From: Octopus vulgaris | Lineage: Eukaryota | Length of the DNA: 64,000 bases | Reading direction: 5' to 3' | NCBI GenBank assembly: GCA_951406725.2 | Contig: OX597832.1 | Coordinates: forward strand, 48,112,001 to 48,176,000 | In this document: one piece after another, positions 13,978 through 27,099 of the stretch | How positions within the stretch are numbered: the stretch's first letter is position 1 | Layout: the number at the start of each line of letters is the position of its first letter | Translations under genes and position numbers: made by a program | Notes under the pieces: model-generated | Seen by the model: the letters and a program-made list of their open reading frames with translations, nothing else | Told to the model about the DNA's origin: nothing | Databases searched by the model: none

Positions 13978-14804
13978 TTAAAAGGCTATAACCGATTCAC
14001 GACCCAATTCTAGAAGAAAAGTTTGAACTATCTCACATGAGAGGCAAGACAAACACCGTTGCTGATTTATTCAGCTAATTTATGAAATAAATTAATGAAA
14101 CGGAGAAGAAAGGCATCTTTCCCTCTCTTTTCTTTCAAGTACACCCAAAGTTCCAGTTGTTGAATCAGTAAAATATAATAAAATAAAATAAGTTTGACAA
14201 GTTTTTTATTCATGAAGAGAGTAAGAGAGCCGGGGGAGAGACCGACTGAACGGAACAGTGGGTAAAGTGACCTACAACTAACACAAGATGAATAGATTAT
14301 ATATATTTAAATAGTTTAAAGACGAGTCTTTTGTGGGATAGTCAGGCTTTTCTCAATTGTGAGAAAGAACTAAGGAACGAGAGAGAAAAGAATGAATATG
14401 CGACAGGGGAAGAATAATAAATGTACGAGAAAAAAAATTTTAAAACAAGTGAAACAAGTAAAGGTTGGATAATAGAAAAATAACTAAATGAAATAGAATG
14501 AAAAAAAAAGTTTAGGAAGAAATGTTTTTTTTTTTTATAGTCACTGAATATAACAAAACTAGTTGAGACGAACACAAAATAGTTAGACCAATGCTTCTTT
14601 TAACAGCTTTATATATTCACCTGCATCTATATATTTAAAAAAATCCATAGATACAAATAGGCAGACACACACACACACACAGATAGATAGATACACACAT
14701 GTGCACAAGAGACGAAATAGGATAGGAAGTGTGGCTTAGCTTATCTCGTACACAGACATACGCACATTGCACTTAGACTAAACAGAAGTGTCCGGAATGA
14801 AATA

Positions 14805-14859
<55 letters not shown>

Positions 14860-14952
14860 GCATACACACACCACATATATATATGTGTGTATATATATTT
14901 ATTTTATTTTATCTAGTTTCAGCTCACGAGCTGTGGCCATGCTGGGCACCGC

Positions 14953-14986
<34 letters not shown>

Positions 14987-16959
14987 CTCGGAGTAAACAT
15001 AAATGTGAAACAAGGTGGAAAAAAGAGTACTCAAATACCAGGAGTTATATGCTTTTAAATAAAGTATACTCACACACACATGTATATACACACATAAATA
15101 TATATGTATATACACACACAAATATATATGTATATACACACAAATATATATGTATATACACACAAATATATATGTATATATATATATATACACACACATA
15201 TATATATACATACATACACACATGTATGTATGTATGTATGACATTTTCTATAGGAACAAGGTCTGAAATCTTGAGTGGAGGGGGTGTAGTCGATTAAATC
15301 GACCTGGTACTCAACCGGTAATTTATTTCATCGACCCCGAAAGGTTGTATGCAAAGTCAGTTCTGTGGAATACACACATGCATACCATTCCATACCATAT
15401 ACCATACAAACGTACTTAGGCAATAAAGTGAACGTTTTGTGTCGCTCCTATTTTTAGAGAGACTGACCGAACGAACGAGAGAGAGAGTTCCTTGACAACA
15501 GAGCGGGGTAAATCAGACGGAAAATATATAGAAACTCGATTAAATAAATAAACTGACGGAAAGGAGGAACCAGCGAGGGAGTTTCTATGTGACTGGTTGC
15601 TTGACCTGTAAAGATATAAACGGTGGGGGTAAAGAATACATACACCACCCGTTTTCGACGTAACTCCACCCGCCTAAAACGGGTGGTGTGCACAATTTTT
15701 TTTACCTTTGATTTAACTTAACATCCTTTAAAAGTAGAATGTATTTCTTTACTGCCCACAAGGGGCTAAACAGAGGGGACAAACAAGGACAGACAAAGGG
15801 ATTGAGTCGGTTACATCGACCCCAGTTGGAAACTGGTACTGGTCACGGCCTCTCAATGTCTTTGGATCGTAGGCTTGATTAGAAGAGTTGGGACGTGCTA
15901 ACGAAGAAAAACAAACATCTTCGTGGTCGGGTCGGTCGCTCGACCTGTTAGAGACAACAGATAGATATCCATAAAAAGTACACAGCTAAAATTGTCCTTG
16001 ATAATATATGCACTGGCCAAGAGAATGTTGGGGTGGCCAGAATTGGAGACCTCTTTGATCAGAGCTGGTCTGGTGTTACGGCGGAAAGCACAAGCGTGAT
16101 AAAATGAAAGGAGAGGAGAGGAGAGAAAGATTTACGAATTCTTATAATGTCAAGAGGAATTTGATCGAGCAAGGCCGCGGAATGTGTAATAGAGTGAGCG
16201 ACAGGGTGAGAAAAAAGTTTTTTAGATTAAAGGATAGTGAAACCAGAGGGTAGAAAAGAAAGGTCTCAGAGTAGAGCAAGCAAGCAAAGCGGTACATAAA
16301 AGATATCAAGAAAGCATTGAGAAAAAAAGTGCTAGGAAGTAAAGAAGATAAGGAAAGAATAGGGCCTTTATATTTCTTTCTGAAAGAAGAAGACACACAC
16401 AATTAAACAGTGAGTGTGTCCGTGTTTGAAAATATGCACACAGATACACCATATTTTTTCACACAGACACACTCCTTGTGGAATATATATATATATATTA
16501 TATACACAATTACTGTATAGTCCCAGAAAAAAAAAAAAAAAGATAAATTTTACAAGGAGAAAACAGAGACGCAAATCTCCAAACATTGAAGGCAAATTAA
16601 TTAAAGTTAATTAGAAATAATGAGAGCAAACAAGGTGATGGGACGAGTGGCAACCCGAGATTTACTGAAAGTTTTAATAGAAAAAAGTTATTTCTTTACA
16701 CCAAATACACAAATATATATTTCGAAACACCTCTTTTCCCATACATACATATATAAATATATATATGTATTTTATACACACACACGGATAACAATCAGTC
16801 TCACATACCGACACAAAAAAACTTAAGGAGTGTTTATTAGACGGTAAAAGAAGAAAAATAGTAAAATGCTGTCAGGCAAGTTAATCACGCTTAGTTCACA
16901 TAGAGATGGGAGGAGGAGGAAGAAGAAAGATACATCGGTTAAGAGAGAGGGAGGGGGAG

Positions 16960-17262
16960 AGGTAAAGACAGAATAAGAAAAAGAAAGACAGGAGGAATGG
17001 GAACAGAGAGAGAGGAGAAATAAGGTAGAAAGAGAGAGAGGTAAAGGCAGAACAAGAAAAAGAAAGTAAGACAGGAGGGAGGGGAACAGAGAGAGAGGAG
17101 GAGAAATAAGGTAGAGAGAGAGATACAGACAGAACAAGAAAAAGACAGGAGGGATGGGAACAGAGAGAGAGAGGTAAAGACAGAACAAGAAAAAGAAAGT
17201 AAGGCAGGAGGGAGGGGAACAGAGAGAGAAGAAGAGAAATAAGGTAGAAAGAGAGAGAGAGA
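16960..17262. repeat. Purine-rich imperfect minisatellite
   Basis: Recurrent GGTAAAGACAGAACAAGAAAAAGAAAG and GGAACAGAGAGAG blocks. Confidence 0.75.
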
Positions 17263-17502
17263 AAATTTCAAAATGGCTGCCACTCATGTGTAGCAAACTT
17301 TGTAAGATTTATAATAAATATATATAAAAGAAAAAAAGGTTTTCAGAATGCTGGATGGTTGTAAAAATATATATTTATTTACATATCACATGAAGAAATA
17401 ATGTGATATATAAATAAATATATTTTTACGACCATCCAGCATTCTGAAAACCTTTTTTTCTTTCATATGTATTAAATCTGTACATCACCCCAAATACTTC
17501 TA

Positions 17503-17543
<41 letters not shown>

Positions 17544-18284
17544 CAAATTCATACGTCTGTGTAAATTTTATTAGATAATGATTAAATTGTATTAAAGTTA
17601 TATCTAAAACTTTAAGATGAGAGCAAACAAGGTGATGGGACGAGTGGTAACCAGAGATTTATTGAAAGTTTTAATAGAAAAAAGTTATTTCTTTACACCA
17701 AATACACAAATATATATTAGATAATGATTAAATTGTATTAAAGTTATATCTAAAACTTAAAGATAATGATTAAATTGTATTAAAGTTATATCTAAAACTT
17801 TTAGGGATGTGTGAAAACTTAGAAAAAAGTCCAAATGAAATAAGATCTACAAAGAATCTTTTTCAAACTTCTATAAAAATTTCCGATAATGAATAAACGA
17901 TATATATATAAATAAAATCGACATTTAAAAAACAAAACAGAAAATTTACCGACAGACGAATATGTGTCTGTAATTTGAAAACTACAAACGTAATCATTTG
18001 CTGAATTATCAAAAGTTTATTAAGCTTTATAGTACAAAACGAATAACCGAAGTTGATAAAACTTGAAACACAAGGATGTTCATGGTTATTTCGAAATATA
18101 TACAAGTAGTACTTTGTGTATGTGATACAAAATGTGTATTTATAATAATTTATACACCTGAATTTTGAAGTTCTCATGAAGACACACACTCGAATAGGCG
18201 CGAGTAATTGAAGTTATTTAACGAACGAATTGATTATGAGCGCTACATATATCGGAATTATTTTGTATATACACATTACTACGA

Positions 18285-18333
<49 letters not shown>

Positions 18334-18848
18334 CACACCTAAATATAATTTCACACATGAGTAATTGACGGGTGCGTCGATGTGAATGTATGTATATACA
18401 TATATATAACATTACAAACGTATCTATATAAATAAATTCATATTTTACACATACATAGATGCACAACACCTATATTGCACACATACACATAGTGAACATA
18501 TATGTATATATATATATATATATATTATATCATCTGCATACACGTTGCAAGTATATATATATATATATACATACATACATACACACCTGATACAATTAGG
18601 TACAACTGTTGAGCAAATACTTGTATTTTGTAGATTTAAGCTTTGAGAAAAGATTCCTTGCTAATGGCTAAATTCTAAGACACCTCTTCCAAAATACAAT
18701 ATTCGAAAATTTTAAATATTGTTTCAGGAAATATTGATTTGGTGAAAGCAGAGATTCTTCACTAAGACATTAAACCTGTACATAATTCATATCTATACCA
18801 CAAATATTATACCAATCATTTCATGCATTATATATATATATATGTATG

Positions 18849-18880
<32 letters not shown>

Positions 18881-19048
18881 TATATATATATATGTATGTG
18901 TATATGTATATATTATGTATGTATATGTGTGTGTATATATGTATATATTAATAATAGTATGACAACAAAAGATTGAATGAGTCCTCGTTATTATGTAAAA
19001 TAGAGGAATTTATCCGTAATATAAAATGTGACAATTATTCGGTTGCCA

Positions 19049-19111
19049 TAATAAAACTCCGAGTTTCGGATGTCGGGGCAGAAATCTGTTCCGGCACCTC
19101 GTCAGTTATTA
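19049..19111 (-). ncRNA. Type I hammerhead ribozyme with canonical core
   Basis: UAAUAA-CUGACGA-GG(UGCCGGAACAGAUUUCUGCCCCGACAU)CC-GAAA-CUC-G-GAG-U-U^UUAUUA: 6-bp stem I, G10.1-C11.1 extended stem II, short stem III and a GUU triplet. Confidence 0.85.
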
Positions 19112-19124
19112 AGACAAACAAAAA

Positions 19125-19820
19125 TGCCTATGTATATGTGTGTGTGTATATGCCTATATGTATATATGTGTGTATATATGCCTATATGTATGTGTGTATA
19201 TATGCCTATATGTATGTGTGTGTGTGTGTGTATATGCCTATATGTATGTGTGTGTGTGTATATGCCTATATGTATGTGTGTGTGTACATGCCTATATGTA
19301 TGTGTGTGTGTACATGCCTATATGTATGTGTGTGTACATGTCTATATGTATGTGTGTGTGTACATGTCTATATGTATGTGTGTGTGTACATGTCTATATG
19401 TATGTGTGTATACATGTCTATATGTATGTGTGTATACATGTCTATATGTATGTGTGTATACATGCCTATATGTATATGTGTGTGTATATGCCTATATGTA
19501 TATGTGTGTATATGCCTATATGTATATGTGTGTGTATATGCCTATATGTATGTGTGTGTATATGCCTATATGTATGTGTGTGTGTATATATGCCTATATG
19601 TGTGTGTGTATATGCCTATATGTATGTGTGTATACATGTCTATATGTATGTGTGTATACATGCCTATATGTATGTGTGTATACATGCCTATATGTATGTG
19701 TGTATACATGCCTATATGTATGTGTGTGTACATGTCTATATGTATGTGTGTATACATGTTTATGTTTATATGTTTATATGTATATATATATATATATATA
19801 TATGTATACATATATACACA
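19125..19820. repeat. Minisatellite of about 22-26 bp (ATGCCTATATGTATGTGTGT...)
   Basis: Directly visible tandem units; source of the artefact ORFs. Confidence 0.95.
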
Positions 19821-20651
19821 CACAAATACATCATACATTGTTTCCTATATCTACATCACATATACACTTATGTACACATTACATATATACCACACTATAC
19901 TTTATACACTTACATATACATACATTTACAATAGTTACGTCTATTATGAAACGCATATATTCTGTATATACATTACATACATTACACACCCACATATAAC
20001 ACAAGACACAAGCATGTGTGTGTAAGATAGAGAATACACACACGTATATATACCCTTATGTGTGTGCATGTAATATGATAGAGGTATGCGACGCAGAGAT
20101 GTTTGCCAACACAATTTTACGGATTCCTTTACAAGGCACCATTTATTTACATACAATAAATTGTAGAGCTGGCTTTTTAAAAAAAATTTATCCTCATCTT
20201 TAGAGATGAGGAGGATAACTTCTGACTAAATATTTTGCGTTAGAAAATGCAAACTTCAGCAAACTTTAAACCGCAATTTTAATGGCCTCCGACTGAGGAT
20301 CGAATCTCGATTGCAGGCAGGGGCACCCCTTTTCTCTCTCTTCAGAGAGCCTTTTCTCTAACGAAGGCAGCGAGACAGATAACATGGTCGTTACTGGTTG
20401 TTAGAAATAGCAGTTTAATTAACCTCACACCTCATGCCAGACAGTCTTCGAAAAGAAAACGAAGGAGACAAATGTGTGAGGACCACGGCTGGAACGCCCA
20501 TTTGTCATGTCTCCCGGGGTAACTTAGAGGTTAATTAAATAACACCGCAGCACCCTATAATCACATGGCAAAGGCATGTATATACATACATGTGCACGCG
20601 GGCTTGCGAGTGTATACATGTGGCGCGTATATACACATGCATGTATATGCG

Positions 20652-20702
<51 letters not shown>

Positions 20703-20814
20703 CAAACCAGAGACTGGTTTGTCTTATAATTAGGAACAAAGTTCCTAATTACATCATTCACAAGACCGTTTTTGTATACGCAATGCGTACGAATATTATA
20801 CGCAAGCAACTCCA

Positions 20815-20901
20815 CATACACACAAATATATATACATATATATACACACACATATATACACGTATACACACGCACACATATATACACACACATATATATA
20901 T

Positions 20902-20936
<35 letters not shown>

Positions 20937-21033
20937 TATACACGCATACACACACATATATACACACACATATATATATATATACACACACATATATATA
21001 TATATACACACATATATATATATATATATATAT
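20815..21033. repeat. (CA/TA)n compound microsatellite
   Basis: Directly visible. Confidence 0.95.
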
Positions 21034-21556
21034 AAGTTGGTTGTCCGTTGGTCAGGAAAAGATTACAACACCTTAGAAGAAAAACAGAGCAGTTTTATTT
21101 ATATATTGTCAAGCTGTGTATTTCTGACCAAGTCTATTTACCATAAACCAGAAATATAGTGTTGAGCAATATACACGCTAGTTCTGTGTGTATATATATA
21201 TATATTGTTCATCAGTATATTCCTGGTCATGACAAATAAATTTAGACTAAAAAATATATATACTGCCTAACAAATAAATATAATCAGAGTGCTTTTTTTC
21301 CCCTAACCAACTGATTTCATATCTACGCACAGACTTTCGGAATAGGTGTCCCACATAAGTTGGATCGCCAGTTTTGGTTGGAATTTTGTCTTGTGTATCT
21401 GTGTGTGTGCCATGAACAGAAAACACAGGATGCACAAAGGCTTTGAATACGGCATTAGCTCAAATGTGTATAAATCTCTATACACATACACCATCAGGCA
21501 CGTGGAACTTTATATTTATATATAGATGTATATATATCTAGAGAGATATATATAGA

Positions 21557-21591
<35 letters not shown>

Positions 21592-21604
21592 CTAGAGAGA
21601 GATA

Positions 21605-21657
<53 letters not shown>

Positions 21658-21676
21658 GTGTGATGTGTGTGTGTGC

Positions 21677-21725
<49 letters not shown>

Positions 21726-22230
21726 CATACATACAGAGAGAGAGATACTAGTAATAACTTATAGCTTATATGTCGAGGTGTGGTGTATAATGTATATACA
21801 CTATATAGATTCCAAATTCCATGATTATAAAGCCGGATTCATTTAAGAAACAAGACATGTACACACACACACATGCCTACATACATCTAGATACAACCAT
21901 ACACACATCGCCAACAAAGTTGAGAAACATTCTGTGCCGAAAGTTTTTCATGATCCAAAATTATGTTTTTAAGAAGTTCCACAAAAAAGCTTAAAAGATT
22001 CTCACAAGACCTCAATATTATCTCTTAGGTCCCTATTACCATTTTCTGGCAGGACATTTTTGCAAAATTTAAAGAAGACAGCGAGGTTTTCCTTGTTAAT
22101 GATAATGGGAAAGCGGAAATTAAACATTTCTTAGGAATTCAAGTTGCTAAGTTGTGTATAGCCATGTTTGACTTTCTATGTTCTTTTGTATGTGTGTGTA
22201 TATTAGACCTAAGAGTATGAAATGTGTGTG

Positions 22231-22283
<53 letters not shown>

Positions 22284-22439
22284 TCCCCTCTCATGTATGT
22301 ATATATATATATATATATATATGACACCTATATATATTCGTCTACCCCCTCTGGCAGCTGAGAAATTCCACTAAATCAAGAATTAATCTTGTATACACAC
22401 AACACACACGAGATAGACAGAAGGCATATTTGTACAATT

Positions 22440-23440
22440 GTATACATATATATATATATAAAAACGCATAACTATATATATATATACATACATGTATGAA
22501 CACTATATATATATATAAACGCATAACTATATATATATACATACATGTATGAACACTATATATATATAAACGCATAACTATATATATATACATACATGTA
22601 TGAACACTATATATATATAAACGCATAACTATATATATATACATACATGTATGAACACTATATATATATAAACGCATAACTATATATATATATATACATA
22701 CATATATGAACACTATATATATATAAACGCATAACTATATATATATATATACATACATATATGAACACACACATAACTATATATACACACATAACTATAT
22801 ATACACACATAACTATATATACACACATAACTATATATACACACATATATGAACACTATATATATATATATATATACACATACATACACATATATGAACA
22901 CTATATATATATATATATACACATACATATATGAACACATATGAACACACACATACATATACATATATGAACACATATATACACACACACATATATATAT
23001 GAACACATATATACACACACATACATATATGAACACATATACACACACATACATATATGAACACATATACACACACATACATATATGAACACATATATAC
23101 ACACACATACATATATGAACACATATATACACACACATACATATATGAACATATATACACACATACATATATGAACACATATACACACATACATATATGA
23201 ACACATATACACACACATATATGAACACATATATACACACATACATATATGAACACATATACACACATACATATATGAACACATATATACACACATACAT
23301 ATATGAACACATACATATATGAACACATACATATATGAACACATACATATATGAACACATACATATATGAACACACACATATATGAACACACATATATAT
23401 ATATATATATATACATACATACACACACATAACTATATAT
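22440..23440. repeat. Compound minisatellites (AAACGCATAACTATAT...; ACATATATGAACAC...)
   Basis: Directly visible tandem units. Confidence 0.95.
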
Positions 23441-23791
23441 AAACACGTTATTGTTCAGAGCACTTGGGCAATAAACGTCTGGGCCAAAGTTTGTTGGCAT
23501 TTCAGGTCAGACAGCATGAAACAAGCACTAAGTTTAGCCACAAACACTGAACCACGGCGGGTCAAAGAAGGAGGTCTCCAGCTCCACCTAACAGAAATAG
23601 CAGTCAAATCTTCTCCAAAAACGTACAAGGATAGAACACGTACGTATCCCTTAGTCGACAGGATGGTCATGGACAGAATAACTTCTATCACAGGTCTGTC
23701 CGATTAAGAAAGACATGGGGGGGTTAAATACTAAAACTTACAAGATATTTTTGTATCACAAATATACTGCACTTATATAAAATTCATAGTG

Positions 23792-23864
<73 letters not shown>

Positions 23865-23994
23865 TATACACGCAGTCCACCACGCTAGTTAATATTCTGA
23901 TTAGATATTTTAACAGTAGATGTTATAAACTCGTGTGTGTATTATACGTAAATGGCATACTACTACATGATATACATACGTGTAGACAGAGAGA

Positions 23995-24034
<40 letters not shown>

Positions 24035-24104
24035 ACACACACGCAGATTATACTCAGAAGCTAAAGTACTAATACACACAAAGGTTTAAAAAATGCACAA
24101 ACAA

Positions 24105-24590
24105 GGTAACACACACATACATGCCAACACATCACACACACACAAGCAAGCTAACAGCGCACACATGCTAACACAGCACACACACACATGCTAACACAGC
24201 ACACACACACAAGCTAATACAGCACACACACACAAACTAATACAGCACACACACACAAACTAATACACCACACACACACAAGCCAACATAGTACACACAC
24301 GCACACACAAGCTATAACACAGCACACACACACAAACCAATACAGCACACACACACACAAGCCAATACAGCACACACACACAAGCCAACATAGTACACAC
24401 ACGCACACACAAGCTATAACACAGCACACACACACAAACCAATACAGCACACACACACACAAGCCAATACAGCACACACACACAAGCCAACATAGCACAC
24501 ACACAAGCTATAACAATACACAAAAACTATAACACAGCACACACACACACAAGATATAACACAGCGCACACACACACGCAAGCTAACTCA
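24105..24590. repeat. Minisatellite (AAGC(C/T)AATACAGCACACACAC) with a higher-order duplication
   Basis: Directly visible. Confidence 0.9.
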
Positions 24591-24895
24591 GAGCATAGAA
24601 ACTAATCCAACACGTATATATAGTTCATAAAACACACACACGCGTGCGTGCGTGCGCGCGCGAGAGACAGAGAGAGAAAGAGAAAAAGAGAGCAAAGGAA
24701 GAAATAAAAACCGCTAAAGCGAAAAAAAAAAAACAAACCAAAGAAAAAAAAACTCGGCACCAAGTTCAATAAGTCAATTACAAAAAAACAAAAACAAATT
24801 TACACCAATACACACACACACAAATACATATATACATTCACAAATACATATATATATACACATATATAGATATAGAGATATGCGTTAGTACTTAC

Positions 24896-25022
24896 CATCT
24901 TCGAGTAGTCTTTCCATGTGTACAAAGACATTCGGAAACGCCTGTAACTGTTTTTTATCCTTTAACAATTGTGATAAATACTCTGGCGAATTCCGATCCT
25001 CTTTATTATTTTCAGTCCCCAT
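24896..25022 (-). CDS. QKI: First coding exon of a Quaking/How-type STAR (KH-domain) RNA-binding protein; encodes the QUA1 dimerisation domain
   Basis: Manual translation gives MGTENNKEDRNSPEYLSQLLKDKKQLQAFPNVFVHMERLLED plus 1 nt, matching the QUA1 pattern (YL-QL-KDKK...FPN-F-H-ERLL-E). The start context is AAAAATGG and the exon ends at a canonical G|GTAAGT phase-1 donor, as QKI exon 1 does. Too short for the ORF track. Confidence 0.92.
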
Positions 25023-25966
25023 TTTTTTTTATTTATAATGAATTTTTTTTTAATTATCTTCCAATTAGATAATAATAATGTGTGTATATATATATGTAAT
25101 GTTTGGTAGATGTTTTGGATTCTTAGAGGTTTTGCAAAAGAAGAAGGGTTTTTACTTATGTTTAGACATGAAAAAAATAGAGGATGAAATGAAAATTGAA
25201 GAAAAGGGACAAAAAAATAGTAAGATATGTAATTAAATGGGGTCTTTTTTATAGTTTAGGGGTAATAAATCCACATTTGATATATGTATGCGTGTGTGTG
25301 TGTATACTTGTGACAGCAAAGACTGGAATAATATAAAAGAAAATTTAGCGATTGATAGAACTATATATAAATATATATATTTATATATATATATAGTGTG
25401 TGTGTGTATGTGTGTAGAGGAAAAGGGGGGGAGACAGAAGAAAACTCCCCTTCTATAGTAAAGGAATTTTTTTTTTCTTTCCTCTTAGAGGAATTTCGGT
25501 ATTTCCTCCGATTTTGTCTTTCACTCCTAAATCACCAAATCTTTCACTTAATCCAACGGAAATAATATATATACATATATATATATTATATATAAATATG
25601 GTGTATGTATTTGTAATGCTTGTGGTTGTAAATTCGTGTTATATATATATATATATACACACAGCAAGAAAAAAATATTGGTTGCTCTTCTCCAAGGATA
25701 AGTTACAATGTAGAATTTCCACAATGAAGTATCATGAAAGAAAAAGACAATAAGAAAATAAAAGCGCTTTCTCCACGTTCCTCGAATTATATATTTCTTC
25801 TTTCTTTCGTAGGAAGTATATTTTCCGTTGTTCTTTTGCCGATTCACAAATTTTGAGTATATATATAATTTGCCCTATAAGCAACAGAAAAAAGTATTTG
25901 GGTATCACATATAAACCGTACAGATATATATATGTATATCTACACGTACACACGAGTGTATATAAT

Positions 25967-26005
<39 letters not shown>

Positions 26006-26299
26006 GTATATATATACACCTTAGTGTTTAAACTTAGACCTACAAAGTATGTATATATTTGTATATATATCCGCTGTTGGTGGGGAGAAAAATATAATAA
26101 ATGGTTTTGGTTTTTGACCACAGGTTTTAAAGGGAGCAAGGAAAACAGTCAGGTCCCCCCAGAAGAAAAAAAAAATTCAAAACCTACTTTGAGGTATATA
26201 ATATTTCTAGATATTTTTTGTTGCGTTAGTCCCAAAGTTTTTTGAGCTGTTGCTTGTTGTGTTGAGGAATTTAAGAAGTTTTGTGTTTTTTTCCTTTGA

Positions 26300-26470
26300 A
26301 AGAGATTCAGAGAGAAGGAGGAAGGGGGGCGGCGGCGGCAGAGATGCAGAGCTGCCGTGTTGGTTGATACTCTCCTTCATACAAATATCTTACTGAACAC
26401 GTGTGGAGAAGTGCGCATGGCTTTTGCGGTCTTGGGCTGCGCGAATTCTATCGTTCGGGGGGTGTACAGG
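26300..26470 (-). promoter_or_regulatory. Candidate promoter/TSS region of the Quaking-like gene
   Basis: Local GC/CpG-rich unique sequence about 1.3 kb upstream of the ATG, with a GGGGCGG box, a CACGTG E-box and a TGCGCATG (NRF1-like) motif. The TSS itself is not determined. Confidence 0.45.
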
Positions 26471-27099
26471 ATCATATAGTTTGTTTGTTTGTTTGTTGGT
26501 TTAGCCGGCTGGCTGGCTAGTTTGCTGGTTGGTTAGTTGGTTGGTTAGTTTGTTTGTTAGTTAGCTTGTTTATCTTACTTCATTTATTATTATTATTATT
26601 ATTACTTTTTTATATTTTAACGATTTTCTTCTTTAGTTTAGTTTCGTCGTGATGGTTGTATGTTATGTTGGTTTTCAGTTTCGTGTGGTTTAGTAGTAGT
26701 AAAACTCGAGTATATCTGTACAGAGTAGGTTTATTTAATTAGTTCGTTAATAGGTTTTGGGGGAAAAATCTAAGAAGTTTTTTTTCCCCTTTTCTATACA
26801 GTTTAGAATCTCCCTTCACAGTGGTAGGATAAACTTTGATTAAATAACCTAGTAACCATATAACGTAATATCGTTTATATTTTTCTTAGCACTGTGTCCA
26901 AGAAAAAAAGCAAAGTTTTTCAATGTCTAGCATGGATTTTGTGAATCGGAACTTTAATTAACTGAAGCATTTAGTCTTCTTGACCGAATATATTTTTCTT
27001 CCTATTTTTTTCTATCAACGATTCGTTCATTTAATTACGAAAATAGCATTTTTCAACTAGTTCGGGTGCGTAAAACTTTCTTTAAATATATTTTATTCG

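Larger units (their letters stand above)
1..24895 (-). other. Intron 1 of the Quaking-like gene (runs beyond the window start)
   Basis: GTAAGT donor at 24895-24890. I found no phase-1 exon encoding the expected EI-RVR...EKLYVPV segment between 1 and 24895 by eye. Confidence 0.7.

Noticed and set aside
13570-13980. CRISPR-like look (constant block plus short variable block)
   Set aside because: The variable parts are variants of one sequence, not unique spacers; the context is eukaryotic with no cas genes; a Helitron end signature explains it.
18973-20025. Long ORFs of 200-350 aa here and at 22713-23500, 31593-32646, 37406-39317 and 63094-63701
   Set aside because: They are translations of micro- and minisatellites (YICV/HTHT runs) with no coding signal.
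21306-21363. Minus-strand hammerhead-like CUUAUGU-GGGA...UUCC-GAAA
   Set aside because: Two core substitutions and no correctly placed NUH or stem I.
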